From positions 1-17,202 of the forward strand of contig JBCCXZ010000071.1 of the NCBI GenBank assembly GCA_039190745.1: a stretch of 17,202 nt of DNA, in the 5' to 3' direction. The stretch comes from Planctomycetota bacterium. GTDB lineage: Bacteria; Planctomycetota; Planctomycetia; Pirellulales; Lacipirellulaceae. Made by a program: the position numbers and the translations under genes. Below, piece by piece: positions 1 through 11,118 of this stretch (its first letter is position 1; each line of letters opens with the position of its first letter). The notes beneath the pieces were generated by a model. It saw only the letters and a list, made by a program, of their open reading frames with translations. It did no database searches and was not told where the DNA came from.

Positions 1-901
1 CCGGCTGCGGCGTGCGGATGCCGGCCACCACGTCTTCGCCCTGGGCGTTCACTAGGAATTCGCCGTAGAATTTGTTCTCACCGGTGGAGGGGTTGCGGGT
101 GAAGGCGACGCCGGTGCCTGAGTCGTCGCCCATGTTGCCGAAGACCATCGACTGGACGTTCACGCCCGTGCCCGCCAATCCGGTGATGCCCTCGATGCGG
201 CGGTAGCTGATCGCCTTGTCGGAGTCCCAGCTCTTGAACACGGCCTCGATCGCCAGTCCGAGTTGCTTCAGCGGGTCCTGCGGGAAGTCCTGCTTGGTGT
301 GCTTCTTGTAGACCTTCTTGTAGGCGCCGCAGAGCTCGATCAGGCCCTCGGTCGGCACGTCGGTGTCTTCGCTCACGCCGTACTTGGTCTTGATCTTCGA
401 GAAGGCCTCCTCGAAGTACTCGTGGTGGACCTCCATGACGACGTCGCCGTACATGTTGATCAGGCGGCGATAGGCGTCGTAGGCGAATCGCTTGTTGCCG
501 GTGGCGTTGGCCAGGCCGGCGACCGACTCGTCGTTGAGGCCGAGGTTGAGGATGGTGTTCATCATGCCCGGCATCGACTGGGCGGCGCCGGAGCGGACCG
601 AGACGAGTAGCGGGTCTTTGCTGTCGCCGAACTTCTTGCCGGTTTCCTTCTCCAGCGTGGCAACCGCTTTCTGCACCTGGTCCATCAGGCCCTTGGGCAG
701 CTTCTTGCCGGCCTTGTTGTAGGCGGCGCAGCACTCGGTGGTGATGGTGAAGCCGGGGGGGACGGGCAGGCCGATGCTGGTCATCTCAGCGAGATTGGCT
801 CCCTTGCCGCCGAGCAGCATCTTCATGGCGCCGTCGCCGTCGGTCTTGGTCTTGCCGAAGTAGTACACCATCTTCCCGGCGCGGGCGGCTTTCTTGGCCA
901 T
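1..901 (-). CDS. ppdK: Pyruvate, phosphate dikinase, N-terminal ~300 aa; continues past the left edge
   Basis: Manual translation from ATG at 901: MAKKAARAGKMVYYFG...LLGGKGANLAEM...GLPVPPGFTITT...PLLVSVRSGAAQSMPGMMNTILNLGLN...VNVQSMVFGNMG...SGTGVAFTRNPSTGE...GEFLVNAQGEDVVAGIRTP, which are PPDK signature motifs. GAGGG lies upstream; an alternative in-frame ATG is at 913. Confidence 0.97.
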   Translation of the reverse strand, partial: MAKKAARAGKMVYYFGKTKTDGDGAMKMLLGGKGANLAEMTSIGLPVPPGFTITTECCAAYNKAGKKLPKGLMDQVQKAVATLEKETGKKFGDSKDPLLVSVRSGAAQSMPGMMNTILNLGLNDESVAGLANATGNKRFAYDAYRRLINMYGDVVMEVHHEYFEEAFSKIKTKYGVSEDTDVPTEGLIELCGAYKKVYKKHTKQDFPQDPLKQLGLAIEAVFKSWDSDKAISYRRIEGITGLAGTGVNVQSMVFGNMGDDSGTGVAFTRNPSTGENKFYGEFLVNAQGEDVVAGIRTPQP

Positions 902-1136
902 CGGTATGCTCATCCCTCTGTGTAGAACGTTAGTGGGTGCGCGGACCTTGCGGGGTCCGCGGTGTGGTTTGGCTGCGGCGTGGGCTTAGCAGGCTGCCAA
1001 GCTCACGGATTGAGGTTGCGTCGCCGGCGATCTTCGGCGGTTGCTGTTGGATTGCCGCCGTGGGTTGTGCCGCTCGGAAGGCGGCGCGGGAGACGGTTTC
1101 TCCTCGCTTGCCTGGTCGACCGAAATTAAGCCCCAC

Positions 1137-1165
1137 ACTCTATCTAGGCCTCATTTTTCCGTCAA
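1137..1165 (-). promoter_or_regulatory. Putative sigma70-type promoter for ppdK
   Basis: Minus strand reads TTGACG (1165-1160), a 17-nt spacer, then TAGAGT (1142-1137), pointing toward ppdK. Confidence 0.6.
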
Positions 1166-1209
1166 CCCGCGCGTCTTCGTCAAGCCGCGGAGCCGGCGAG
1201 TGGTTTTTG

Positions 1210-1890
1210 TTAAGTCTGTCTGAGGTTTCCCGCCGCTGCGTGGTGGGCGAGCCGGGTCGGTTCCGGCAGGCGATAGCCCGCGCAGCAGTCGAGCACGAGG
1301 TCGATCGCCTGCGGTAGTTCCACTCGGTGCCCGGCTGAGATGTACAGCGGGCGGACGTCGTCGCGGGAGCGGAGAACCGCCCCGATCAGCTCGGGTGGGT
1401 CTTGTCGGTCGTCGAACAGGTCGGTGTAGCTGCCGGCCGCTTCGTGGGGTTCTTCGTGGACCCCGATGAAGCGGGACTTCGCGCAGCCGATCGCGGGTTT
1501 GTTCCAGAGCACCCCGAGGTGGCAGGCGAGGCCGAACCGGCGGGGGTGGGCAATGCCTTGCCCGTCGAGCAGGACGACGTCTGGATCGGCGGTGAGTTTC
1601 TCGGCGGCTTCCAGGATGACGGGCACTTCGCGGAATGAGAGCAGGCCGGGGATGTATGGGAACTCGACGGGCCGGGCGGCGGCGGCGACTTCGATCACTT
1701 CCAGGGTGTTGGCGTCGAGGACGACGACCGCCGCGGTGGCTCGGTTGTGCTTGATGCCGACGTCGACCCCCGCGACGCGGCGGAGCGGGCCGTGGTAGGG
1801 CGTGAGCCGAACGCGGCGGCGGAGTCGCTGCTGGATGTCTCGCGCTTCGGCGGGGGCGACGTTCCAGTCGTGCAGCGGCCTGGCCTTCAC
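1210..1890 (-). CDS. nfi: Endonuclease V (deoxyinosine 3' endonuclease)
   Basis: EndoV motifs VAGVDVG, FPYIPGLLSFRE, LLDGQGIAHPRRFGLACHLG, GCAKS and LPEPTRLAH; GTG start. Confidence 0.96.
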   Translation of the reverse strand: MKARPLHDWNVAPAEARDIQQRLRRRVRLTPYHGPLRRVAGVDVGIKHNRATAAVVVLDANTLEVIEVAAAARPVEFPYIPGLLSFREVPVILEAAEKLTADPDVVLLDGQGIAHPRRFGLACHLGVLWNKPAIGCAKSRFIGVHEEPHEAAGSYTDLFDDRQDPPELIGAVLRSRDDVRPLYISAGHRVELPQAIDLVLDCCAGYRLPEPTRLAHHAAAGNLRQT

Positions 1891-2340
1891 GGGGTGTTTT
1901 GTCCTTTAGGCGCGCCAGGGCGAACACGCGGCGATACGCCAAAAGTCGGGCATTCTGTCCGTTTGTTCGTCCCGTTCGGCCTTGGATTCTCGTGTCGCTG
2001 TGTTGTTGGTGCGGTCTTAATCAACGGGGGTTTACGTTTCCGGGCGTCGACTTTTTTGGGCGATACTCGCTTGGGTTTGCTGAGTGGTACGCACCGCGGG
2101 CGCAGAGGGTCGCTGGCTCGCGGGTTGCAACGCCGCGGAGCACTGTGTTTACCACAGCGGCTGGCCCAGTTTCTACAAAAGAATTGGGCTGTTTCGAACG
2201 GCGCAGAGGAAGAGTTGCTTGGCGGCTTCCCAGCGACGCGTAGCGTCGCGGCTATTGCGCATAGATGCGTTGCGTTTAGGGTACCGCAATTGAGGAGAAA
2301 CGCTTCCGCCGTGGGCGTGGTAGGGCGCTGCCAGCGCGCC

Positions 2341-3207
2341 TTAGCCCGCTAGGCGGCGGGGAAAATGAGGCTTTGCAGCCTCGCCCTCCTCCGCGTTGAC
2401 GGCGGGGTGTAGTTTGATGGCCACGGTCGGCGGGCTGCGGCGTTCCTGGACGAAGCCGCGTTTGCCCTCGCCAAAGAACAGCGAGTAGTCGGCGGCGATG
2501 CCAGCGGGGAACTCGTTCTGGAGTGCCGCGAGCATGTCTTTGAAGGCGAGGCCTTGGCGGTAGATGACCTGGTAGGCGGCTTTGAGCTGCTCGACCTCGG
2601 TGCGGTCGATGCCTGCGCGGCGGAGGCCGACCTTGTTCAGGCCGACGACCTCGGCGGTCTCGGAAGTTAGTACGTAGGGGGGTACGTCTTTGACGACCTT
2701 CGCGGTGGCGGCGACCATGGCGAGGCGTCCGACGCGGCAGTTCTGGTGGACCGCGGCGGCCCCGCCGAGGCAGGCGCGATCTTGCACCACGACGTGTCCG
2801 CCCAAGAGGACGTTGTTTGTGAGGATGACGTGGTGACCGACGGAGCAGTCGTGGGCCACATGGGTGCCGACCATGAGGAGGCAGCTGTCGCCGATGCGGG
2901 TCACGCCGTCGGCGTGCATGGCCCGGTGGATGGTGACGTGCTCTCGGATGACGTTGTCGGCCCCGATGGAGACGCGGCCGTTTTCGGGGGGGGCGTTGAG
3001 GTGCTGCGGCAATCCGCCGATGACGGCGCCCTCGCCGATGACGGTGTTGGCGCCGATGGCGGAGCCGGTCTTGATGGTGGCCCGGGCTCCGACCCGGCAG
3101 CCGTCTGCGAGCAGGACGCCGGGCTCAATCACGGCGAAGGGGCCGATCTCGACGTTGGAACAGACTTCTGCGGCGGGGTCGACCAGCGCGGTGGGGTGGA
3201 TAGCCAA
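2341..3207 (-). CDS. lpxA: Acyl-ACP--UDP-N-acetylglucosamine O-acyltransferase (LpxA family)
   Basis: IHPTALVDP start, hexapeptide repeats, IREHVTIHR, catalytic HVAHDC, LGGHV, VHQ, DVPPY and GLNKVGLRR; TTG start after GAGG. Confidence 0.9.
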   Translation of the reverse strand: MAIHPTALVDPAAEVCSNVEIGPFAVIEPGVLLADGCRVGARATIKTGSAIGANTVIGEGAVIGGLPQHLNAPPENGRVSIGADNVIREHVTIHRAMHADGVTRIGDSCLLMVGTHVAHDCSVGHHVILTNNVLLGGHVVVQDRACLGGAAAVHQNCRVGRLAMVAATAKVVKDVPPYVLTSETAEVVGLNKVGLRRAGIDRTEVEQLKAAYQVIYRQGLAFKDMLAALQNEFPAGIAADYSLFFGEGKRGFVQERRSPPTVAIKLHPAVNAEEGEAAKPHFPRRLAG

Positions 3208-3482
3208 GGTGTGCCTCGTGCGGTGCTTTGCGGCTCGTGGCGGCCGGCAGAGATTGGGCGGGTAGCGGGATAACGGTGTTATCGGTTAGCCCGGTTGTGC
3301 AGGCTTAGCTATTGCGCCGGTTTGGGGCAACGCCAGTCGCGTGGCGGGCGTAGCTGCCGGCGCCGGCCCCTGGAGCCGCGACGCGGGGTTGGGATACACT
3401 CGCGGTTGGCTAAGACCGCAGAAAATCAGCGGCTTCGGGCGCGAACGCGGCCCGGTGCTAGCACACCACGGGAAGATGAACG

Positions 3483-3818
3483 ATGGCCGACGCGGCACAA
3501 CTGTACGACGAGGCGGACCAACTGAAGGCCGAGGGCGACATGGAGGGCGCGCTCTCCAAGCTCACCGAGGCGGTGGCGCTGGACGAGGGCTACGCGCTGG
3601 CGTACTCCGCGCTGGCCGTGGTCTGCCAGAAGCTTGGCAAGCACGACGAGGCGATCGGGCACGCCCAGAAGGTGTGCGAGCTCGAACCGGACGACCCGTT
3701 CAGTTTCACCGCGATGAGCGTGACGTACCAACGCGCCTACGCGGGCACGAACGAGATGAAGTACATCCAGCTCGCCGAGGAGGCGATGGAGCAAAGCCGA
3801 ATCCTTAGTCAGCGATGA
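3483..3818 (+). CDS. Small tetratricopeptide-repeat protein
   Basis: 111 aa with TPR-like helical pairs (GDMEGALSKLTEAVALDEGYALAYSALAVVCQKLGKHDEAIGHAQKVCELEPDD); high-GC3 codon usage like the rest of the window. Confidence 0.8.
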   Translation: MADAAQLYDEADQLKAEGDMEGALSKLTEAVALDEGYALAYSALAVVCQKLGKHDEAIGHAQKVCELEPDDPFSFTAMSVTYQRAYAGTNEMKYIQLAEEAMEQSRILSQR

Positions 3819-3826
3819 GTGCCGCT

Positions 3827-3869
3827 CGATGGACCGAGGGCGTCCTGCCCTCGGTACGCATCGTTTCTT
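3827..3869 (+). terminator. Putative intrinsic terminator between the convergent TPR and DUF3467-like genes
   Basis: 9-bp stem ACCGAGGGC-gtcct-GCCCTCGGT (3833-3855), extendable by CGATG/CATCG and followed by TTTCTT. Confidence 0.55.
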
Positions 3870-3879
3870 ACCGGCGGCG

Positions 3880-4257
3880 TTACGCCTGGGCTTTGGTTTG
3901 GGGCACGACGCGCTTCTGCACGTCGGTCTCCAGCACGCCGAAGGCCTGCTCGTGCCGCTGCACGGAGAGGTGCAGAGCCTGCAGCATCCGCTTGGCAGTG
4001 TAGTAGTTGGTGACGATCCGCTGGGTGATGGCCACCGGGTCGGTGGGGACGCCGAACGGTTGTGAGTTGAGGCCGAAGTCGATGATGAGTTCTTCGGGCG
4101 TGCCGGTGACGCGGCAGAAGTTCGCGTAACTGCACGTGGCGCTCGACTCGTCGACCTGAACACGGGCCTGCTGTTGGGCCTGCTGGGGGGCGTCCCCGGC
4201 GGCGGGCTTCGCTTCGGCTTGGGGCTCAGCGGGTTTTTCTTCAGCCATCTCACTCAT
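3880..4257 (-). CDS. DUF3467-like conserved hypothetical protein
   Basis: Motifs YANFCRVTGTPEELIIDFGLN and AKRMLQAL...HEQAFGVLETDV resemble DUF3467 proteins. The start may be 4257 or 4248. Confidence 0.75.
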   Translation of the reverse strand: MSEMAEEKPAEPQAEAKPAAGDAPQQAQQQARVQVDESSATCSYANFCRVTGTPEELIIDFGLNSQPFGVPTDPVAITQRIVTNYYTAKRMLQALHLSVQRHEQAFGVLETDVQKRVVPQTKAQA

Positions 4258-4406
4258 CTCCTGACTGGGATGTTCCGGGGGAGTTGTGATTGCTCACACG
4301 CCTCTCACGCCGCGACCGCGATCGGGTAGCGGGAGACCCGCAATTTAGACCGGTCTGCGGGCGTCGGCTATCCCCTGCATCCTGGAACCTGAGTCGATTC
4401 CGATTG

Positions 4407-5057
4407 TTAGGGGTTTTCCTTGGGCCACACGCGGAGCACCACGCTGGGGTGGTCGTTTCCCCGGGTTTCGTAATCGGCGATTTTTCGCAGCTGCAGCGGC
4501 CGCATCAGGCCGCGGTGGCGGGCCTCGCCGCGCTCGGCGACCCAGGCTTGGCCCTTGATGAGCAGCAGCTGGTCGAAGGCGTCCCAGTAGGGCTCGAGCC
4601 ACGTGAGCATCTTGGCCATGGGGGCCACAGCCCGGGCGACGATGGTGTCGAACGTTTGGAGTTGAAGCACCTCGTCGACCCGGCAGGCGTAGACGCTGAC
4701 CGGCAGGCCGAGCTGCTGGACCATCTGCTCGACGGCTTGAGCCTTCTTCTGAGTCGAATCGCAGACGCTTACCCGGAGATCGGGGCGGCAGATAGCCAGC
4801 ACCAGACCGGGGACCCCACCGCCGGTGCCAAGGTCGAGCACCCGCTGGCCGTTTTCGAGGTGCTCGGCGAGTTGGAGGCTGTCGACCACGTCGCGGGAGA
4901 CGAATTTCTCGAGCGTGGTGTGCCGGGTGAGGTTCATCCGCTCGTTCCACTCCCAGAGCAGCCGGCGGTATTGGTCGAGCTGCTCGACCTGCTCGGCGGG
5001 GAGGTCGATGCCGTGCTCGGCGAGCACGTCGGCGAGGTTGGCGGCAGTTTCAGTCAA
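4407..5057 (-). CDS. rsmG: 16S rRNA m7G527 methyltransferase RsmG (GidB)
   Basis: WNERMNLT, SAM-binding VLDLGTGGGVPGLVLAI, DSTQKK and ARAV; TTG start after AGGAA. Confidence 0.95.
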   Translation of the reverse strand: MTETAANLADVLAEHGIDLPAEQVEQLDQYRRLLWEWNERMNLTRHTTLEKFVSRDVVDSLQLAEHLENGQRVLDLGTGGGVPGLVLAICRPDLRVSVCDSTQKKAQAVEQMVQQLGLPVSVYACRVDEVLQLQTFDTIVARAVAPMAKMLTWLEPYWDAFDQLLLIKGQAWVAERGEARHRGLMRPLQLRKIADYETRGNDHPSVVLRVWPKENP

Positions 5058-5073
5058 CAGGCGGGTTCCTTAG

Positions 5074-5262
5074 TTCACCACGGAGGCACGGAGGCTCGGA
5101 GAAGTTGACAAGATAACAGGATTGACTGGATCGACAGGATGGGCGGCGGCAAAGAGGCGATTTGCTTGAGAGCATTTCTCCTGATCCTGTCCATCCTGCC
5201 GATCCTGTTATCCTGTCGCTTCTTGTTTGTTTCTTTTGTGTCCTCCGTGTCTCCGTGGTGAA
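5074..5262. repeat. Nested double inverted repeat: outer arms of CACGGAGG-type units, inner arms of ACAGGAT-type units
   Basis: Outer: 5074-5094 TTCACCACGGAGGCACGGAGG vs 5242-5262 CCTCCGTGTCTCCGTGGTGAA (20/21 complementary). Inner: 5107-5140 vs 5184-5217 (29/34 complementary) with a 43-nt spacer. Confidence 0.92.
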
Positions 5263-5301
5263 ATCGTTACCCGGAGGCGGCCCAGCCCGACCGAGGGACC
5301 G

Positions 5302-6174
5302 GTGTTCGGCATTTTGAACCTCTACAAACCGTCGGGTTGCACGTCGCGAGACGTGGTAAACCGCGTGCAGCGGCTCGTGCGGCCTGTAAAGGTGGGGCAC
5401 GCGGGGACGCTCGACCCCTTAGCAACTGGGGTGCTTGTGGTGTGCCTAGGGCCGGCGACGCGGCTGGTGGAGCACGTGCAGCGGATGGAGAAGCGGTACC
5501 GGGCGACGTTCCTGCTCGGGCGGACCAGCCAGACCGAAGACGTCGAGGGGGAGGTGACGCTGCTGGAAGGGGCGGCGGAACCGACGCTCGGTGAGATCGA
5601 GGCGATGCTGCCGCAGTTTGTGGGGCAGATTCAACAGCGGCCGCCGGCGTTCTCAGCGGTAAAACTGCAGGGCAAGCGGGCGTACAAGCTTGCGCGGAAG
5701 GGCCAAGAGGTGGAGGTCCGGCCGCGTACGGTGCAGATTTTCCAGCTCTCGGTGGAGTCGTACGCATACCCCGAGTTGGTGCTTGGCGTGCGGTGCGGCA
5801 GTGGGACGTACGTGCGGAGCTTGGGGCGGGACATCGCCGAGGCGTTGGGGACAGGAGCCGTAATGAGCGCCCTGGAGCGGACGGCGATCGGGGTGTACCG
5901 GGCCGAGGACGCCCTGCACCGGGACGAGGTGAATGCGGAGACGCTCCGCACGCGGCTGCTGCCGTCCCAATCGGCTTTGCCGGAGATGCCGCACCTACAG
6001 CTCACCGAAGCGGAGGTCGTCGAGCTTCAGAACGGCCGATTTGTGGATCTACCGGTTAACACACCAACCGGCGAACACGCGGCGATCGGCCCCGCCGGAG
6101 TGCTGACGGCTCTTGCCGTGCACCGGGGCGACGGGGTGCTGCGGCCGGTGCGAGTCTTTCCGCAACCGGACTAA
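5302..6174 (+). CDS. truB: tRNA pseudouridine-55 synthase TruB
   Basis: GILNLYKPSG, KVGHAGTLDPLATGVL (catalytic Asp), PPAFSAVKLQGKRAY and CGSGTYVRSLGRDI. The start is placed at GTG 5302 (GAGGGA at 5293-5298) rather than at 5227. Confidence 0.95.
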   Translation: MFGILNLYKPSGCTSRDVVNRVQRLVRPVKVGHAGTLDPLATGVLVVCLGPATRLVEHVQRMEKRYRATFLLGRTSQTEDVEGEVTLLEGAAEPTLGEIEAMLPQFVGQIQQRPPAFSAVKLQGKRAYKLARKGQEVEVRPRTVQIFQLSVESYAYPELVLGVRCGSGTYVRSLGRDIAEALGTGAVMSALERTAIGVYRAEDALHRDEVNAETLRTRLLPSQSALPEMPHLQLTEAEVVELQNGRFVDLPVNTPTGEHAAIGPAGVLTALAVHRGDGVLRPVRVFPQPD

Positions 6175-6471
6175 CCGGCCCTGGGTGGTTGGAATTCTAA
6201 GAAATCGGCTTGTTCCGTTCGTTCCCACGGTAGGCGTTGCCCGTAACGTGCCTGCGGGGCAATACCTGCGGCGGGCTGAGAGAAATCTCGGGCCGACCAG
6301 GGGCCTCGGTCGAAAAACCAGACTGTCGTGCGTCTCCACGAGTGCGTGGGGTGTACGCCGTTACCAGGACGGGCAGCAGGAAAGCACATCGGGCAAGGAC
6401 TGGCCCTGCAGAGGGCTCGGGCGTCGCCATGAGGGCGCGGCCCGGGCAGAACCGCAGTCGGTCGGACGAGA

Positions 6472-9507
<3,036 letters not shown>

Positions 9508-9513
9508 TGCCGA

Positions 9514-10932
9514 CTACTCCACTCGACTGGCCTTCTGTCGGACGCCGTTCTGGAAGAGCTCCAGGGCGGTGCAGTTGCCTTCTTCGTCCAGCTGAAAAGT
9601 GATCGTCGCCTCGACCACCTTGTAGTGCCACTCGGTCTCGCTGCGGGGGTAGACGCGGTAAAAGTCCTGGCCGGTTAGCTTCACCATCAGCTTGCCGTCT
9701 TCGAGTTTCACGTCGAAGCCGATGCCGGGGAGCAGGCGGTAGTAGCCGGCGTAACGCTCGATGATCTCGGGGGCGACTTCGATCGGCGCCTCGAACTCAC
9801 GCGGCTGGACGTCTTGCCCGGAGAGCAGACGGAAGATGTCTTTGGCGAGCGGGTCGGTACCGCCGCTACCTGTATTGGTGAGCAGGATGACCGCGATCTT
9901 GCGCTGACGGCCGACGAGCAGCATCGAGCGGTAGCCGCCCGTGCCGCCGTTGTGCCATCGGGTGCTGCCGTCTTGGGCGACGTGCCAGCCAAGGCAGACC
10001 GAGAGGTCGACTCCCTCAATGGGCTCTTGATGCACCTGCCACGCAAGGTTGATCGCCTCACCGAGCCGGCCCTCTGGCGGGTCGAGCTGCGCTTCGGCGA
10101 AGCGCAGCATGTCGCGTGCGGTGCTGCGGAGGGCGCCGGCGCCGGCTAATGCGGGGAGATGCCAGTTGGCCGCGGGCGTGTCGGGGTCGGTGTACGGCTT
10201 GGCGAGGCGCGACCGTTGGCCGTCGCTGAGCGTGATCGACGAGTCGTTCATCCCCAGCGGTTCGAGCACCGTTTTCTTGAGGAGCGCTTCGTAGCTCTGC
10301 CCCGATTGTTGGGCCAGCAGGTGACCCAGCAGGCCGACGGCGAGGTTGGAGTACTCGTACTTCTTGCCGGGCGCCCGCGCGGGCTGGTGGTCGTTGACAA
10401 ACCGGTAAAGGTCTTCGGTCGTGTAGTGCGCATACGGGTCCGACGGGTCGACCTCACCTTCGCCGATATTGCTCGGCAGCCGGGGCAGCCCCGAGACGTG
10501 CGTGGAGAGATCTTGCAGTGTGATGGCGGGCGCCTCCTTGTTCCAGGGCACCCAGTACCGCTTGCGTTGGAGCCGGACCCCGTCGGGGAGCAGCTCGGTC
10601 GCCGGTTGGTCGAGCCTCGCGTCGCCGCGCACCACCGCGTCGGCCAGCAGAAGCCCGGTGAAGACCTTGGTGATCGAGCCGATCTCGTAAACGGTGTTGC
10701 CGTCCGGCTCCGGGCTGCCGGGCTCACCGGTACGGCCGAAGCCGTATGTGCTGTGCTCGCTGTCCTGGAGGACGCCGATCGAGACGCCGACAAGGGTTCT
10801 GCTGTCGATGTAGGGCTGGACTAGCCGATCAACTCGATCACGCAAGTCGTCGGCGCGGCAAGGAAAGCAGAGCAGGGCGGTCGAGCCGAGCAGAGCGAGT
10901 GTGCTCGCCGGCAGTGAGGGTTTGAGCGACAT
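9514..10932 (-). CDS. Secreted serine hydrolase of the beta-lactamase (class C-like) family with a probable C-terminal DUF3471-type domain
   Basis: Signal-peptide-like N-terminus; YEIGSITK (SxxK), YEYSN, WHNGGTGG; C-terminal ERYAGYYRL segment. Confidence 0.88.
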   Translation of the reverse strand: MSLKPSLPASTLALLGSTALLCFPCRADDLRDRVDRLVQPYIDSRTLVGVSIGVLQDSEHSTYGFGRTGEPGSPEPDGNTVYEIGSITKVFTGLLLADAVVRGDARLDQPATELLPDGVRLQRKRYWVPWNKEAPAITLQDLSTHVSGLPRLPSNIGEGEVDPSDPYAHYTTEDLYRFVNDHQPARAPGKKYEYSNLAVGLLGHLLAQQSGQSYEALLKKTVLEPLGMNDSSITLSDGQRSRLAKPYTDPDTPAANWHLPALAGAGALRSTARDMLRFAEAQLDPPEGRLGEAINLAWQVHQEPIEGVDLSVCLGWHVAQDGSTRWHNGGTGGYRSMLLVGRQRKIAVILLTNTGSGGTDPLAKDIFRLLSGQDVQPREFEAPIEVAPEIIERYAGYYRLLPGIGFDVKLEDGKLMVKLTGQDFYRVYPRSETEWHYKVVEATITFQLDEEGNCTALELFQNGVRQKASRVE

Positions 10933-11055
10933 GGCTAGATCGAAGCGCTGAAGGAGTTCGTCAATAGACTCGTAGTAATGGGTGGGAGTTCGCCTGGACT
11001 CTCAGAATCTTGCCGCCGAATTGCCCCGCAAGCGTCAGGCTACCCCGCCGGGCGC

Positions 11056-11094
11056 AAAAAACGAGCCCGCCGGTCGCTTGGACCGACAGGCTCG
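11056..11094 (-). terminator. Intrinsic terminator of the SPFH gene
   Basis: Minus strand CGAGCCTGTCGGTC-caagc-GACCGGCGGGCTCG-TTTTTT: a 14-bp stem with two G:U pairs, about 25 nt after the stop codon. Confidence 0.88.
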
Positions 11095-11118
11095 CGGGAG
11101 TCGGATTCGGCGCGGGCA

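Noticed and set aside
78..734. 218-aa Arg-rich minus-strand ORF
   Set aside because: Alternative frame overlapping the true ppdK frame, which the track missed because it runs off the window.
2251..3317. GCTATTGCGC at 2251 and 3308 flanking lpxA as a possible target-site duplication
   Set aside because: A single 10-mer match is plausible by chance, and lpxA shows no sign of mobility.
3448..3463. Sigma54-like GG-N10-GC upstream of the TPR gene
   Set aside because: Poor match to TGGCAC-N5-TTGC beyond the core dinucleotides.
5107..5217. Possible CRISPR array or iterons
   Set aside because: The units are 8-9 nt, contiguous and inverted, with no unique spacers and no cas or rep genes.
5227..5301. 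N-terminal extension of TruB (MFLLCPPCLRGE...)
   Set aside because: It is a translation of the repeat arm. Homology starts at GTG 5302, which has an SD-like sequence.
5050..5400. 116-aa minus-strand ORF across the nested palindrome
   Set aside because: It reads through repeat arms and antisense truB, with no coding signal.
9514..10932. Antibiotic-resistance beta-lactamase call
   Set aside because: The motifs define a broad family of esterases and peptidases. Resistance cannot be inferred, and there is no mobile context.
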